Shown here: positions 13,253 to 26,036 of the stretch, piece after piece | Numbering within the stretch: position 1 is the first letter of the stretch | Layout: every line of letters starts with the position of its first letter | DNA from: Antedon mediterranea | Taxonomy: Eukaryota; Animalia; Echinodermata | DNA length: 64,000 bases | Reading direction: 5' to 3' | Assembly: GCF_964355755.1 (NCBI RefSeq) | Contig: NC_092671.1 | Location: forward strand, 20,770,001-20,834,000 | Notes under the pieces: model-generated | The model's input: only the letters and a program-made list of their open reading frames with translations | What the model was told of the DNA's origin: nothing | Databases searched by the model: none | Made by a program: the position numbers and the translations under genes

Positions 13253-14290
13253 CCTATCTATCTATCTATCTATGCGACATTGATATAGCGCTATTTCATA
13301 AAGATCAGAGCGCTTTGAGTGTTTGTTGATTATTAAACTTATCTAGACTCTGAACAGGAAATAGGCTAACCAAAGACAACCCGTTAATGACAATAAAATA
13401 AAAAACAACGAAGATGATTCAAACACCACCGCACTGTTCCCCTGCAAGGCCCGCCCGGACAGTATTCACAAGTGCCATAGTGGTGTTTGGAGTCTATGCC
13501 TACCAAAAACCTAGTCTATCGGAAATAAATATGTCTTAATGGCCTTCTTAAATGCCACGGTAGTGTCGGCCGAACGGATATTGCGAGGTAGGTTGTTCCA
13601 GCAATGAGGTACAGAATATGAAAAAGTCCGGCGACGTGAGGTTATAAGTGAGTTGATTGGTGCCAAATCCTGAAGCAGGATATTATCATTTCCAGACCTT
13701 AAACCAGTGCGCCCAGAGCAATGCAACAGCAAGCAGGTTGATAGATAATCTTGAACCATGCACTTAAAAATCTGATCTGACCTTGGGGATCCAAGTAGTA
13801 AAGAGTTAATCCAGTCTTGATAAAACGAGTGCCCTGGTTACTGCATGGCACAGTTTGGTGCCAAGGTATCTCCGGATTTGTGAAATATTCCGGATATGGA
13901 ATTTCAGGCTACTACAAAGTCTCAGAGTGTGTGTAGACATCGTCATTGAAGAGTCGAAGATGACACAGTTCCAAACATTCTCCGTTGGCCTAATGGTTTT
14001 GCCACAAACCTGCAATGTAATAGTTGGCATGTGACATTTGAGATGATGTGCGACAGCTACAATGAACTCGGTCTTCTCTTCATTTAACTTCAGCATATTG
14101 GTACTCATCCATTGCTTTACCTAACTAATGCATTTGATTAGCCTCTGTAAACCAGTGTTTATAGATTCAGTATCCTTTGGCTCGAATGGAACGTATAGCT
14201 GAATATCATCAGCATGCACATGGTACTGAATACCATGTCTGCGTAATATCTGCCCAATAGGGATAGTGTAAGGAATGAAAGCATATGGGA
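13253..14290 (-). mobile_element. 5'-truncated L2-clade LINE (RT C-terminal half plus 3' tail)
   Basis: ORF fragments: YHVHADDIQLY, MLKLNEEKTEF, ALVLSRLD, RRTFSYSVPHCWNNLP. Typical L2 3' end AAAGCGCT...AGCGCTATAT followed by (TAGA)n at 13255-13273. Confidence 0.85.
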
Positions 14291-14304
14291 AGCATATGGA
14301 AGAA

Positions 14305-14457
14305 TTTAGAAGACGTAAAAAAGATCCTGACAATCACAAGGGTTATCCTCAACAAACAAAGAGGACAGTAACAAACAAGGCCTTATCCGCCGAGTGCTGA
14401 TAACTAATAATACATAAAAAAAAGATCCAATACAAAAACAAAATTGCGGATAACTAT
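14305..14457 (-). repeat. Small stack of ~3 degenerate HINE-1 5' ends
   Basis: Reverse complements of TAGTTATCCGC/GCGGATAAC heads at ~14447-14457, 14384-14407 and 14325-14353, each with CTTGT.ATTGT/T-rich tails. Confidence 0.6.
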
Positions 14458-14589
14458 CCACTGCCGGACAGTACACAATCTCACTATGTTTCGGGTTTGG
14501 AATAACAGGTATACACATTGTGTTAATTGAGACGTTCAAGGCTGCTGTTCACTTGTTTTATCATACGCAATTGTTTAGGCCTATGGGAT

Positions 14590-15720
14590 GATAGAATATA
14601 ATAGCACTAAGCCAAAATTTGTTCCTCTATCTTCTCCCAAACCGCAGGTCCGATACTAGCACCGTTCGAGCATCCTTTAATTCCCCTCTATCCAATAGTC
14701 TATATTATTACAACAGAAAATTTGCACGAAAATTGTGTGTGGTTTTAGGCCAATTTTATTTCAACTGCCGAACGCCGCTTTCGGCAATTCCCGGCCATAC
14801 TGCTAATGATAACACTAGGCTAGTTCCTTATCTTACTAATTAGTCCTAAATCTATTGGCCTATGCAATAGCTCGAATGCAGGAGGATTCTGCCCACTTAT
14901 AGGCCAATATTTCTCATTGGAGAGGCTTATTACCTCCCAGAGTTTTATTATATGAAACATTGCAAAGTATATTATGCTAACATTATGTTTTGTTATTTTT
15001 TGGGTTTTTTAATGTAATGTAATTTATTGTCAAGGAGTGTAGACCTACAAGGTGGTACCAACAAGGAGGATGAATTTTCAATCATATTTACTTCTTTTTA
15101 ATTAGGCGTACACCACCAGAAAACATACATTGTTGTTCATCTTAAAGACAAACCACCAAATATTCTTACCACCACAAAACAAGACATTCAACTAAAGAAC
15201 AGTTCTGCAAGAATATTCAACCATGAGATTCAACTAAATCACTGTTCTCCAGTCGGAAATGATATTAGCATACTTTAGAAACTTTTACAAAACATGAAAA
15301 TTTACTAGACGACAATGAAATAAAGGGTTATGTTCTATACCAAACATGAGGACGGCAAATATCTGACATACTAATATTAATCAATACAATAATAAACCTC
15401 TATTATTTTAATATAATTACACAAACAAAGATACATATTAAAAATTAATATTAACGAGATTCTGTTTTTTTACAGTGAGCACTAATATTATTTGCGACGA
15501 CTGACGATGACGCAAATTTATATTTAAAATTGCTTGCTAATTACAAAACAATATAGACACTAAAATATACAGAATACTTCCTTCTAATAAATGCTGTACG
15601 TACAATGTATCTTTTGGCACTCCATACATCCATTTATAGATTTGTGTATACTGCATTGTAGTAGGCCTACTATTTTACTGTACTATCTTTTTGATCCCCA
15701 AACCTTAAAACCATTAAAAA
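14590..15720 (+). repeat. ~1.1-kb dispersed duplication; paralog at 25045-26845 (interrupted by a HINE), partial third copy at 23400-23600
   Basis: Collinear shared blocks, e.g. AAGCCAAAAT(T/G)TGTTCCTCTA, GTCCGATACTAGC, AACAAGGAGGATGAA, TATACCAAACATGAGGACGG, TACTGTACTATCTTTTTGAT. Confidence 0.8.
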
Positions 15721-16920
15721 GATTGTAATGGTCAATACTCTAAAAATTTATTTTAAGACTCTATAAAATGTTGTAGGGTGAGGGCCTGTATGTGGGGAAA
15801 AACGCCGTTGGGGTAAATACAGTTGCTACAGGAAATAATGCCTTTTCTTGTATATTTTTGCAGATATATTATAAGAACTTACTGACAAAAGGCCAGGTGG
15901 TAATGGTCGGAATCCATTAACTCTGCATTTTATTTCATTTGGATATTTTTCTTTTTAAATCGATAAATCGCGCGTAACTCAATAAAAAATAGAAAGTTGG
16001 TACATAGTTTCGGTACTTCTTTTTTAACAACCTAATGTAAAATCCTGTTTACTAATTAAGTTTAATTAGATAATTGGTTTGTATTCTATTTGCTTTGCTT
16101 GCTTTAATAATTGAAATGGATAGAGTGGGTTCATATGCCTACTCTCCGTACCGCCATTAGAAAACCGGTATACTGAGTCGAGACGAGTTAGATAATAATT
16201 ATTAGATATTGACGATTTTAAAAGAATTTAGGTTAAACGATTTGCCCCGAATAAATGGGCTCGGTTGTCGATTCTGAAATCGTTTAAAATTTAAAAGTAT
16301 AAATAACACTAAGTAGGTCAGATTTGTATTCGTTCTCTACTTTATTTTGCTACATAACATATTATATGCATGTTGAGTGGGTTATTTCTGTAATGTGTAA
16401 ACATTTATTTAGGTGCCTTTTTTCAATTTTTGCTGTAAAAGCTGTTACTGTTATATGAAGGGCACAATTATATTCAGAGTGCTTTGCGTTAACGTTGACA
16501 ATTTCACCCTCTAATTTTTAAATAATTCAGCTTTTTTGTGGGTTCTTTCAAATAAAATAAAATCAATTAATCAATCAATATTTATTTCTTCCAAAGCATA
16601 AGAATGCTAAAGGAATAGTCTCGTATTATAGAAAAGGGTAACGTTTAAAAAAAAAGATACTTACATATCATTTTTCGTTTAAAACACCCGCAAAATAAAC
16701 GTTTTTGACTACTGTACAATTGTGATATCGCGTGTATAAAGTTTAGTTTTGATAAAATAATAATAATTTATTAGGAACTTCGCTTTTGTAACAGTGGCAC
16801 ACTTCACATTTTGAAAGTGCTTACAACAAAAATATATAATAAATAAATGCATAAAATAGACAAAAATAAGTAAGTAATCTTACTTAATCTATATAACAAA
16901 AAAATAAAATTTCCCAAAGA

Positions 16921-17105
16921 TAACAAGATAACACAACTATCATCAGCATCATAGAGAAAATGTCTCTATGCCAACATGTAATTTAAATACAGTACATGAT
17001 TACTCTTAATCTACAGACTCATTCACTAATCACCCCCCAGCCCCCCACCCACACCCAATTACAACATGGAGAAGGTAAATTCATTTTCTCCATGATTACA
17101 ATAGA
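16921..17105 (-). mobile_element. Very short Helentron-like (HINE) element of a further family
   Basis: Minus 5' hairpin CATGGAGAA...TTCTCCATG; 3' sub-terminal repeat TTTTCTCTATG; ends ...ATCTTGTT. Confidence 0.4.
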
Positions 17106-17886
17106 AAAATAATATTATAAACAGTTTTAACAAACAAACAAACAAGAAATACAGAGACGACATAATTGTTTATGCAACCACTTAGACCATAAATGTTAAT
17201 ATGCATACCTGCATAAGGATGAAACAAATTGTAATGTGTCTTAATAAGCACATTTGTTCATGACCTGTGCTGAACTCCAAAGCCATACGGAAATATCGGC
17301 TTGGCTAAAGTATACAAGTGAGTAATCATTTAATACTCTGTAAACTATACCTCGGAGATAGGAAGCAAATATGAGCCCTTTACTAGTCGACCAAGCTTAA
17401 ACATGGGTAGGAATCATTATTCATCAATCCCATTGATCTGCCGACAATTGTTATTTTAGTCATGGCTCAGAAAAAACTCCAGGTATTTTAAAACGCCATT
17501 GTTGTGCTGCTAAAGCCTAAAAACCTTTAGTTAAAATTTATATTCAACACCGTCATCACCTAAAATAATCTTCAACAAAATGGTCACTTAATCTATTAGT
17601 GAAACGACCCCAGTCTAACACGTTGTTTGATTCATCGTTTATACCGCAGTAAGGCCGTATGCAGGATTTTATATTGATCGATGCGAATGTATGTAATTGG
17701 ACCAATTTCATCAATTATTGGCCCCAGTCTAGACTGGGGCCAAGTTTGTAAATTAATTTCAATCGGTTTTTCAAATATATGGCAAATTACTTTTAATGTT
17801 AAGTAATTTAAAAAGGAATACAAATAAGTTATTATGGTATCATTTAGAATAAAATGATCACCTATTGTTATTGTATGAAACCTATA

Positions 17887-20800
17887 TTAGTTGCGGATAA
17901 CCCTTGAGATTGACAAAGATCATCATCTTTTTCCTTTTCTGTAGTTTGTGTGTCTTGCGTATTTCTAAAACTTGCAAACATAACATTTCGTAACTTTCTC
18001 AACATATCGCCATTCACGTGAAGTTGTGCTAACATTTTCATGACGTTAACAATTGCGCAACGTGACTTACGAGCGTTTTTAACATTTGAAATTTGAAACT
18101 TAGCAAAAGTGTATTTTATATCATGCGCAAACTTTCTGTTGAAAAATAAATGTTACGCGCACACGAAAAATAAATTTCTAATCAAATTTATTCGCGTTTC
18201 ATGTCATTTTAAGCATGTAAAAATGTCCACGCGCGCGCAAATGTTTACGCGCGTGGTGCACACAGCGTTAACAACATTGTTACCGACTTTTGAACAGTTT
18301 TGACTTAAAATCATGTCATAATTGAACAATTCGCCCGCGTTTTTGATGAAAAAGTTCAAAAATTCGTCATAATTACAGTAATATGTTATAGCTCTTCAGA
18401 ATGAGAAGTAATTCTCATGATAAAAACATTTTATTAGAAATAATGGCTATAAGCATTAGGAATAATCCAAAATGTAAAGGGATTGTTCTACCAAGAACAG
18501 AAAACGTTCATGAGAATGCTGTAAAAATTGCTCAATTAGCAGACGACACAGTCATTTTTACAAGAGAATAAACGAGTTTAAAATATTTCTTTCATGAAAT
18601 TTAACGATTTTGTAAAATATCCAGCCTAAAATTAAATAAAAATAAAACCAAAGGGATGTGGATAGGTTCAAAGAAGGACTGTAATGATACTCCTTTCAAT
18701 ATCACATGGACACAAGAACCAATCAAGTTTTTAGGAATATACGTAGGCTATGATAAAGATGTATTAAAAAAAACTGGGACGAAAAAGTTATTGAACTACA
18801 AAACGTTCTTCAGTTATGGAAAAAAAGAAATCTAACTTTCTTTGGAAGAATAACAATCATCAAAACGCTTGCAATTTGATGATTTATAACGCAAGCATAA
18901 TTAACGTACCCTTACATATAATTCCACTTGTTGAAAAAATAATTTATAATTTTCTGTGGAATGATCAACGTGAAAAAATTAAAAGACTTGTTCTTATTAA
19001 AAAAGCATGCGAAGGTGACTTGAGTATGATAAATTTCAACTCCGTAATAGATTCATTAAAACTAACATGAATAAAAAGATTACCCAGTCCTGATCCAGGA
19101 AAATGGAAAAATATTCCGAAATATTTTATGTATCCAATAGAATACACTATAGGTGCTACTCAGCTTAACTTTGAAGATCATATTGACTTGAATAGAATGC
19201 CTGATTTTTATGTATCAATGTTAAAATCAGCGGTTAAGTTAAATAATATTGTTAGTGTAGTTCCACAAAATATAGAAGACATTTTAAAACAACCACTTTG
19301 GGAAAATAAATATATAATTTCCGCAAGTGGAAAATCTCTTTATTTTAAAATATGGTTACATTCCAAATACAAATCGGTATGTGACATTATCGTTAATAAC
19401 AGATTTCTAACTTCAGATGAAGTGATACCTACTTTAATCAATAAACAAAAAGGACTTATCGAATATTTTGCGCTCTTGTATTCAATTCCATGTTTGTGGA
19501 AAGAAATCATCTTTAATTCAATAGAAAACAATCAAATTAACCTGAAAGTCAAAGAAACCGTATTTCATAAAAAATACAAGGCATCTTTTCACATTATACC
19601 CTTTTTGTTAGCAAGGTTGGTAAAATCCCCAATATACAAGCAAAGTGGGAAGTCGAGTTAGGTAAAAATGAAATAGACTGGGACAAAACATGGTACTGTA
19701 AAGTTCACAATATGAAACATTTACCAAAAGTCGCCCAATTTAATTTTAAATTATTACATCGTATCTTAGCTTGTAGAAAAAACTTAAAGAAGTGGAATCT
19801 TAATAAAAGTGATTGTTGCGAAAAGTGTTGTATATAAATAGAAAGTGAAAAACATATGTTGTACACCTGTAATAGCATTCAATCAGATTTGAGTAAGTTC
19901 CGTAAACTGATCGTTAAATGTATTCCGACTAATGAAACATTACGGCCAGGTTTCCCCGAATGGTCAGACATAGTTATAGGAACTCAGAACACGTTTGTTA
20001 ATGAACTCATCTCCTTATTTACATTTAGTATTTACAAATCTTGCATTATTTATAAAACAAGAAAACGGATTATCACTTGGAATTTATTTAAGATAGAAAT
20101 AAAAAATTTAATTTCAAATGAATACTTATGTAATCTAAACAAAGCAGAAAGAAAATGGAACGACGTTAAAGAAAAACTCCTTGAATCAATTATCTAAAAA
20201 GAAAAATAATCAATAAAATTAAATTTAATTAAGAAATACACAAGAATAAACATAAACGTACGGTATAATACGGTTTAATTTAGATCAATTGTTAGTTTAC
20301 CATCATTATTATATTATTGTTTTCTAGGAGGTGCCCGAGTCCGGGATGACCGAGACGCAACTGGTGCTAGCCAGGATTTAAACTAGAACTATAAAAATAA
20401 ACCTGGCTAGCGACGAGGGCGTATCCCCATACTTACGGTTTGGGTTTAGCTTTGCAATATTTATTAGTTTGATATTTTATTATATAAATAATAAAAGCAA
20501 TATTATGTTAAAAAAACTATACAATTTTATAAAAGTATTCAAACAAAACATAATCTTATAATGCAATATACCATTTTATCATTATATCGAATCTCTTTTT
20601 AATACTGAATATCAATCTTTATATCGTTTTAGCGCTGTAATATAAATTTTCTCTGTATACATATTTTTTTTATCTAGATTTCAACACAATATCAAAATAT
20701 TTTATTTAATCTTTTAACCCCTGTCTGTGTAATATCACTTAAATAGTCATTGATAAATAGATAGATATAGACATATATACTGTAACCTTCACCATATTGT

Positions 20801-20982
20801 TTATCATTGCAATAAAAGTGGGTTGCCCCCCACAAAAGAGAAAAAACCCCAATTTTTTGGAAGCTGTTGAATTTTGCGCATCGGATGTTGTGACATCATA
20901 TGGCCAGTTGAATTTAATTCACGTGGCATTTGCGCGGCGGATAACCTAACTCGTCCATAGAGTGACGAGTTCAAATCTAGTT
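17887..20982 (+). mobile_element. HINE family 1 element nested in HINE-3 and interrupted by a Tx1/L1 LINE
   Basis: Head TTAGTTGCGGATAACCCTTG (17887). Tail GCGGATAAC plus hairpin ACTCGTC...GACGAGT plus CTAGTT (20936-20982). The body matches 57120-61300 on both sides of the LINE. Confidence 0.75.
18431..20852 (+). mobile_element. 5'-truncated Tx1/L1-clade LINE (RT C-terminus, zinc knuckle, 3' UTR)
   Basis: Translates LLEIMAISIRNN...KIAQLADDTVIF, LKLNKNKTKGMWIGS, IKFLGIYVG, WKKRNLTFFGRITIIKTLA, C-terminal CxxC...ESEKHMLYTC. AATAAA at 20811 with an A-rich tail. Many frameshifts. Confidence 0.85.
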
Positions 20983-21842
20983 ATTATTATTATTATTTTT
21001 ATTATTTTTATGATTATTATTATTATTATTATTGTCATTGTCATTTTCATTATACTTAGTATTATTAATGAATTAATTATCTTTCTCATGAGTTGCCATT
21101 TGATTTTAATGACGTCATCATGCCAATAAACTTGAGCGACGTAGGTCGTGTAATTTCACCATTTTATAGCTCGTCGGAATTGATGATTATAATTTATTAT
21201 GAAACCTATTGAAATATAGACATGAATTCATATAAAAATTAAGCCCATCTGATGTTGTGATGTTATCATATGGCCTGTTCAATTTAAAAAGTAAAGTTTT
21301 TCTTTATCTCTTTTGTCAAAATTGTACAAATGCGCATCACGCTTCAACGTACTAAATTTTCTTCCAAATCTTATATTTATTTGCTCTATTCATTATTTTT
21401 CGGAATTGTCATCTTCAAGTTTATTTTGATTATGTAATCACACCCAAAAATAAGAACATGATGTGAATCCCGTAATTTCACCTATGCTACACTGTATATA
21501 GATATACAGTATATACTGTACATATTGTATATGACATATAATAGGCAGAACTCAGCAGCACTAAAAGTGTATATGCATCAGGTCATAAAGCCTGGTTTCC
21601 ATTAAAATCGCTACAGCGTTTCCATTAAAATCGCTACACGCGCAGATGTCGCCGACGCAATCGAGAAGCCTCCCCGATTCATCGCAGTCAAAGTTCAATT
21701 CAACCATGTTCAACTTTGCCGATTGTGTCGTCGGCGATGAATCGTATACGCGTACCAAAGAATATTTAGCGCTCGCGTACTAGATCCCCGATAAATTCTA
21801 GCGTTTCCATAGAATCGATACGCTCTGTCATGTAGCGATTTA

Positions 21843-22031
21843 GGGTCTTTCACACCTGTTCCGACACGGTTCCGGTCCGGCGAATCGAACGCCAATGTTT
21901 CGTTTTCACGATGCTCTACGCTGCTATGCGCCAATCGATATGCACGTAGCCGCGTAAAAACAAAACATTGACGTTCGATTGGATTTGCCGGCGCCGGACC
22001 GGAACCGTGCCGGAACAAGTGTGAAAGACCC
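21843..22031. mobile_element. PIF/Harbinger-like MITE with ~39-bp TIRs, next to the left part of another Harbinger-like MITE starting at ~21589
   Basis: GGGTCTTTCACACCTGTTCCGACACGGTTCCGGTCCGGCG / CGCCGGACCGGAACCGTGCCGGAACAAGTGTGAAAGACCC; AGCCTGGTTTCCAT end at 21589. TSD not intact. Confidence 0.7.
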
Positions 22032-23748
22032 ACACATCAACATTTTTCGCTCATATTTTAACGTATTTTTTTTAATTGTCCTGTATCAAAATGATCACCT
22101 ATAATTCGTCAAATCGACGAATTAAATTTTAGTTCTTATATTATTGGTATATTGTAGGCCTCTACTGCCCGGTTGGTAGATATTTTACATAAACGACCAG
22201 AGTATATAACTTTGAATACCATGAGACCCTAAAAAATGTGGACCCTTTGCAAATTGTGGGGTAGGATTGTTTCTTGATAAACTTCAGATACGAATAACCA
22301 AAATTTCAATTTGCACGTCCACCATGTCAACTGATACCCTATGTGTCATTTTTGTGATATGCCCATTAAAGTCGACTGGCATGTCAACTTCCAAATTTCA
22401 ACGCGCCGATACGATTAAAAAGTTTTTTTTTTCTTCAAACGTTGAGAGCGCTATTCCATGTTGATATATCGACGTTGATAGAACCGCAAATTGTAAAATC
22501 ATAGCAACTTACAAAATAAAAAAAAAACCTTCAAAATCAACAACGCAATTCTTCTTTTTAGGATCAGAGGCTACTTTATGTTGTGCGACCGCACTTTGTA
22601 ACAATGTCGTAAAACTGGCTGGGTTGTTTTGTAATTCTTTCTGCACCGTAACAATAATATTATACAGGAAAATTGCTAAAACGATTTTTTTCTAGGCCTA
22701 AGTTAGATTGCATTAAAAACATTTACAAAAAGTTCAGATCACAGGAATGTTAGGTTTATTCTATAAGAGAAAACAATCGCATTCACAGCCTCTTGCCAAA
22801 AAGTTGAAAAAGTTAAAATATATGCTGATAATCTATGCTATATCCAGTCTAATCTGTTTTTCTTGTTATTTATAATAATAATAATTTGTACATAGCATTC
22901 GTCATATTATTGTTGTTATGCATATACCTATATTTTCATTTTTTGCACGTTGAGAAACTAAGCCTATTGATTCGTTGGTTTGAATTCCAATACGTATTTT
23001 ATGATTAATGTGCGTTTTGACTTTAAACTCTAAGCTACGTCGGGTAAAATGCAGTTGTCACAGGAAATAATGCATTTTCTTGTATCTTTTTGCAGATGAC
23101 ACCGGGATATAATCGGAACTTACCGTTAAAAATGATTTATCGATACTTCATTGCGCGTGCATTTCTTACACAATGTTGTGATTTTATTGTTTAAAATGGT
23201 GGTTTTATGAATCTTGGATCTGGGATCTCTGCATAGATTCTCTGCATATATTATAGTTTATTAATTATTTTACTACAAATCCAAAGAAAGGTTGTCATGA
23301 TCTCGTCGATGCAAACATGTTTCGTTTGCAGCGCATGGAAGGATTGGCCTATGCCTCTGTATCGTTAAACTACCGATGACTCTGCCACTTTATATTTTAG
23401 ATTTCTTGCTTTTAGAATTAGGCCTGATGAAAACAAAATAGACACTGAAAAATAAATAAGACTACAGTGTGCCTAATTAACTAATAAACGCTGTATAATA
23501 TACCTTCTGTACATCCATTTATAAATTTGTGTATACTGCATTGTACAATATTACTGTACTATCTTTTTGATTCCCTAACCTTAAAATCATTATAAGACGT
23601 TGGTTAATATATATATATATATATCCAGCCAGAGACATTTTTCCATACAACTAAAAAAAAATACGGAACTTTCGCCAATGAGCTATGCTCGACGCGATTA
23701 TGAGATCATGTTCCGAATATGAGCACTGTTTCTATAATTTACAGTATG

Positions 23749-23751
<3 letters not shown>

Positions 23752-23802
<51 letters not shown>

Positions 23803-23804
23803 GT

Positions 23805-23889
<85 letters not shown>
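23752..23889. repeat. (TA)n microsatellite
   Basis: ~138 bp of near-perfect TA repeat. Confidence 0.98.
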
Positions 23890-23892
<3 letters not shown>

Positions 23893-26036
23893 ACAATCTG
23901 CAAACAGATATATCCTCTTCCTAGCTTACTACACTGTCGCTTTGAATCCCTTCAAATCTCATTAAAGATTTATTTATATTGTTATTTATGTTCTTGTTCC
24001 TATTTTTTGTTAATTTATATTTTTATAACGCTTGTTGGAGGTGTTTATAAGGTCTTTTCATAGAATATCAAACTTTCTCACCTATAATAACATAAAACTA
24101 ATATGTGCGCTGATGATGTTTTTAGACTTACCCTAAATAATGGATATCTAGGAAGTAAAACATTAGAAACGATTGCTATGTTTAGCAACTTAATCGTTAC
24201 ATGGTGGACAAAAGTTCTTTTTCAGACCTAATTGATTTAGGAGCCACCCAATCAGCTTCCGATTTTATTGCGGCCAAAATCCACAATTTTGTTGCCAATA
24301 AATTGGACACGAGTCTATACCTTTGGCAGTAAAAGTTACAGATAGACAAATAATGTATTTGAATCAAGAATTTCTGAGGTCAGTAAAACCGATTCAGGAA
24401 ATATTATCTAATGTGACTTCTAAAATGGCGGCTAAAAATAAAATGGTAGGCAGTGAAATTGAAATACCGTAAATCTTCTAATTGTAACCCTGGGTTATTA
24501 TTCCTTGAGTAACCCACCCCAAATGTTCCGGTCAGCAAATCATAGCAAAATAATAAAATAGTACGAATAAATAATTTGTTTGAACTCTAACTTTATTTTA
24601 TAAACTCAAAAACACTTAATCCTTTCCCACTCCCGAGATCAACATGCATTATCTCCTTGTTTTCAAAATACGGCTGCATCATAAACGACCAGTCTTCATA
24701 AATGTAACAAATCAAATAGTTTTTGTGACTCTAATATTAACCCGTTACTATTAGACTATTAGAGAAGCGGGTTGTTATTATTAAAAAGTCACAATAGTTC
24801 ATTCCTTATGTCTTTCTGTGTGCAAATCATAGGTAAATTGCAAGCATTGTATTTTATGAATATTTGAATCACCAATGTTGGAAAGGAAATGTAAGAAAGT
24901 ATAGCATAATATTGTGAAATCATTAATTATGAAACATCTTGTAATCAGGATACCAGGAGCTAGGCCTACTGCTGCACTAGAATTTCTTTTACCTGATATT
25001 CTGATCTGACTCACTTGATACATATCTTTAATTATTATTATTATCTATAACATAATAGCAAAAGCCAAAATGTGTTCCTCTATATTCTCCTAAGCTGCAA
25101 GTCCGATACTAGCGCCGTTCGAGCTGGGGCACCTTTTAATTCCTCTTTCTCCATTAGTCTATATTGGAACTGCAAATTTGTACAAAAATGTGTGTTTTAG
25201 ACCATATGTTTCTCGCTCCTGCTGCCGAACATAGGATTAAGCACCCTGGCCTTTTACCATTTTTCACCAAATGCATTGCTATCACTAGACTGGGTTATGT
25301 TTCTAATACTAATTACTATTTATAAGCTGCTATATAGGCAATAGTTAAATTCGGCTCAGGTGTGACGGGACGATTCGGCCCACTTTTAGGCTGATGATAA
25401 TGTCTGACTAAGTGAGGCTTTTAATTAGGATAGGATCCCGGTAGGATTTTATGATATGAAATATTGTACATTATGCTAACATTTTGTTTTGCATTACGTT
25501 TTATGTAAGTTTTTTCAAGAGGTGTAGGCCGTAACAGGTATAAGGGGGTGCAAACAAGGAGGATGAAGCTGCAATCATATTTAATTCTTTCTAATTAGGC
25601 TTAAACCATCAGAAAACATACAATCTTGTTCACCTTAAAGATAAACCACCAAACATTGTAGGCCTACCACCACAAATCAAGACATTCAACTGAACAACAG
25701 GAGACTGCAAGAATTTTCAACCAAGTCACTGTTCTCCAGTTATAAATGATATTAACATACTTTGGGAGCTTTTACAAAACATGACAATTTACCAGACGAC
25801 TATGAAATGCAGGATTATGCCCTATACCAAACATGAGGACGGAAAATAACTGACACAATAATATTAATAAAACAAAAATAATAAAAGTATATTATTTTAA
25901 TATATTTACACAGACAAAACAAGAACAACTATACAGATGTATTACAAATTATTATATTAACAAACATTCTTTTTACAGCACTACTATTATTTGCGATTAC
26001 TCTGTACATTTGTATTTAAAATTGCTTGCTTTTAGA

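Larger units (their letters stand above)
17830..22134 (+). mobile_element. HINE family 3 element (outermost layer of the nest)
   Basis: 5' hairpin GGT(G)ATCATTTAGAATAAAATGATCACCTA at 17836-17864. 3' end has sub-TIR ATGATCACCTA (22091) plus hairpin AATTCGTC-AAATC-GACGAATT plus TTAGTT. Core body at 20990-21560. Confidence 0.7.

Noticed and set aside
23685-24063. YI-repeat ORFs
   Set aside because: Translation artefact of the (TA)n microsatellite.
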